Of a DNA stretch of 52,696 nucleotides, positions 50,660 through 52,696 are shown one piece after another. The notes below the pieces were generated by a model. That model was given only the letters and a program-made list of their open reading frames with translations. It ran no database searches and was not told where the DNA came from. The stretch spans positions 1 through 52,696 of the forward strand of contig JAKSRU010000001.1 of the NCBI GenBank assembly GCA_024403475.1. Reading direction: 5' to 3'. A program made the position numbers and the translations under genes. The DNA is from Lachnospiraceae bacterium (GTDB lineage: Bacteria > Bacillota > Clostridia > Lachnospirales > Lachnospiraceae). The stretch's first letter is position 1, and each line of letters opens with the position of its first letter.

Positions 50660-51841
50660 TTAGAATACCATAAGCTTGTAAATTGCTTCGACATCCTTCT
50701 GCTCAAGAGTAACGAATCCGCCAATCTTGCCGCCTTCATTTCCTCTACCGTAGCAGCAGGTATAAGCAAGCTTTTCAATATCCTCTTCCTTAGCACCGAG
50801 CTCCTCAAAATTCTTAGGCATACCGATTGAAATAAGGAAGCTTCTGAGTGCCTCAATTCCTTCTTTTGCAGTACGCTCAGGATTTGCAAAATCCATCTGG
50901 CAACCCCATACGCGTACAGCAATCTGTGCAAATCTCATGACATCATGCTTAAGATTATAAGTAAATACTGCAGGCATAGTAACAGCAAGACCTGCACCAT
51001 GAGCGCAATCATAAAGTGCTGAGAGCTCATGCTCAATCTGATGGCTGGTCCAATCCTGTGAACGGCCTACACCTACGATATTATTATGAGCAACCATTCC
51101 GGCCCACATAATATTTGCACGTGCTTCATAATCATTAAGGTTTGCCATTACCTTAGGTGCCTCATTCTTCATAGTAAGAATAAGAGACTCTATAAGTCTG
51201 TCAGTAACCTCTACATCCTTGGTATTGGTAAGATATCTTTCATAAAGATGAGCGATAATATCAGTAATACCGCATGCAGTCTGATATGCAGGAAGAGTCT
51301 GTGTAAGTTCAGGATTAAGAATAGAGAACTTAGGTCTGTAAGCCTCTCCGCTTGCGCCTCTCTTAATCATACCATCCTCATGTGTTATAACCGAATCAGG
51401 TGATCCTTCCGAACCGGCTGCAGCAATTGTAAGTATAGTACCAACAGGAAGTGCTTTGGTTACAGGCTTTCCCTGATAGAAATCCCAGAAATCTCCATCA
51501 TAAACAGTACCGGCTGCAATTGCCTTAGCTGAATCGATGGTACTACCACCGCCAACTGCAAGAATAAAATCTACATTCTCCTTCTTGCAAAGTTCAATAC
51601 CTTTGTATACAAGTCCGCTTCTGGGATTGGGCATTACTCCCCCCAATTCAACATATGTAATAGCAGCTTCATCAAGCGACTTCTTAACTCTGTCAAGGAG
51701 GCCGCTCTTAACTACAGAACCGCCACCAAAATGAATAAGAACCTTAGAACCGCCAACTCTCTTAACAAGTTCACCTGCCTTAGCCTCTTCCCCTTTTCCG
51801 AATGCAAAGTAAGTAGGTGCATAAAAAGTAAAATTCTGCAT
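50660..51841 (-). CDS. Iron-containing alcohol dehydrogenase (BdhA/YqhD-like)
   Basis: GGGSVVK, PNP, AVGGGSTID, AAGSE, HQIEHELSALYD.AHGAGL; start MQNFTF with SD GGAGG. Confidence 0.93.
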   Translation of the reverse strand: MQNFTFYAPTYFAFGKGEEAKAGELVKRVGGSKVLIHFGGGSVVKSGLLDRVKKSLDEAAITYVELGGVMPNPRSGLVYKGIELCKKENVDFILAVGGGSTIDSAKAIAAGTVYDGDFWDFYQGKPVTKALPVGTILTIAAAGSEGSPDSVITHEDGMIKRGASGEAYRPKFSILNPELTQTLPAYQTACGITDIIAHLYERYLTNTKDVEVTDRLIESLILTMKNEAPKVMANLNDYEARANIMWAGMVAHNNIVGVGRSQDWTSHQIEHELSALYDCAHGAGLAVTMPAVFTYNLKHDVMRFAQIAVRVWGCQMDFANPERTAKEGIEALRSFLISIGMPKNFEELGAKEEDIEKLAYTCCYGRGNEGGKIGGFVTLEQKDVEAIYKLMVF

Positions 51842-51911
51842 TATAATACCCTCCGAATTATAATCATTCAATATAAGTCCTGTTCTGCCAGGAATAAATC
51901 TTCTTCGTCTT

Positions 51912-52696
51912 TTATCTTCCCATCTTCTTTGCGAACTTCTTAAGTTCCTCCGGGATATGAATCGTCTGAGGACACACTTTTTCACAGCTGTGACAATTTA
52001 TACAACACTCCGGCTGTTTGTCTTCTTCAATTGATGCAAGTGCCATTGGTGCAATGAAATCACCGGCTCCTGCAACCATTGCCTCATTATAGAGCTTAAG
52101 AAGGAATGGAATATCTAACTTCTTAGGACACTTACTTACGCAGTAATGACAGCCGGTACAAGGAACTGTAGTCTTTGCAATCATATCATCTGCTATTCCA
52201 AGGATAAGCGCCATCTCATCTTCATTTAATGGCTTATTCTCTTCGTAAGTTTTGATATTCGCCTTAAGCTGCTCCATATTTGACATTCCGGAAAGTGTCA
52301 TTGTTACACTTGGAATAGACTGCAAAAATCTAAATGACCATGCAGGTACACCCTCATCCGGTCTTGCGGCCTTGAGTTTAGCTGTTGCCTCATCAGAAAG
52401 TGTTGCAAGCTGACCACCTCTTACAGGCTCCATAACCCATACAGGAATATTCCATTTATCAAGAAGTTCAACCTTACCCTTAGCATCCTGAAACTTATAG
52501 TCAAAATAATTAAGCTCAATCTGACAGAACTCCATGTCTTTTCCATACGCTTCAAGGAATCGTGTCATGCATGCGATATCCCCATGCGTAGAAAAACCAA
52601 GGTGCTTAATACGACCATTTTTCTTCTGTTCACAGAGAAACTCATAAATACCAAACTTAGGATCTAAATAAGCATCAATGTTCATTTCACAGACAT
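51912..52696 (-). CDS. Aldo/keto reductase with C-terminal [4Fe-4S] dicluster; 5' end outside the window
   Basis: GRIKHLGFSTH, QIELNY, MEPVRGG, LSGMS, CTGCHYCVSKCP and CINCHSCEKVCP; frame open to the window edge. Confidence 0.92.
   Translation of the reverse strand, partial: VCEMNIDAYLDPKFGIYEFLCEQKKNGRIKHLGFSTHGDIACMTRFLEAYGKDMEFCQIELNYFDYKFQDAKGKVELLDKWNIPVWVMEPVRGGQLATLSDEATAKLKAARPDEGVPAWSFRFLQSIPSVTMTLSGMSNMEQLKANIKTYEENKPLNEDEMALILGIADDMIAKTTVPCTGCHYCVSKCPKKLDIPFLLKLYNEAMVAGAGDFIAPMALASIEEDKQPECCINCHSCEKVCPQTIHIPEELKKFAKKMGR

Overview
This is a chromosomal window from a low-GC Firmicute. Gene content and codon style suggest Clostridia, probably Lachnospiraceae (inference). Only 3 of about 42 credible CDSs (the activase, the DUF2971-like gene and cysK) lie on the + strand, so the minus strand is probably the leading strand. 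Most content is housekeeping or metabolism: an acyl-CoA dehydratase activase fusion, SulP, metA, ligA, a pseudouridine synthase, RNase H, a D,D-carboxypeptidase, a four-subunit 2-oxoacid:ferredoxin oxidoreductase, CNNM/CorC, gdhA, tRNA-Arg(CCG), an ABC exporter, efp, aroQ/K/E, a CUT1-type ABC importer, azlCD, an orphan carB, cysK, an Fe-ADH and a partial aldo/keto reductase. I saw no CRISPR array, integrase, transposase or phage genes. The most interesting signals are: (1) a receptor-like TIR - transmembrane - extracellular lectin-like (DUF6273-like) protein lying between an uncharacterised glycoside-hydrolase-like gene and an output-less LacI-type sensor; (2) a tandem ~128-bp branched palindromic element with compensatory base changes just downstream of gdhA; (3) a promoter-terminator structured leader on gdhA; (4) an ABC importer with a doubly anchored binding protein next to an OB-fold-like lipoprotein; and (5) a rhomboid/Derlin-like pseudoprotease with an AN1-like Zn finger. 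Family names come from motif recognition by eye, not from database searches. Several start codons were moved to downstream positions supported by a Shine-Dalgarno site.
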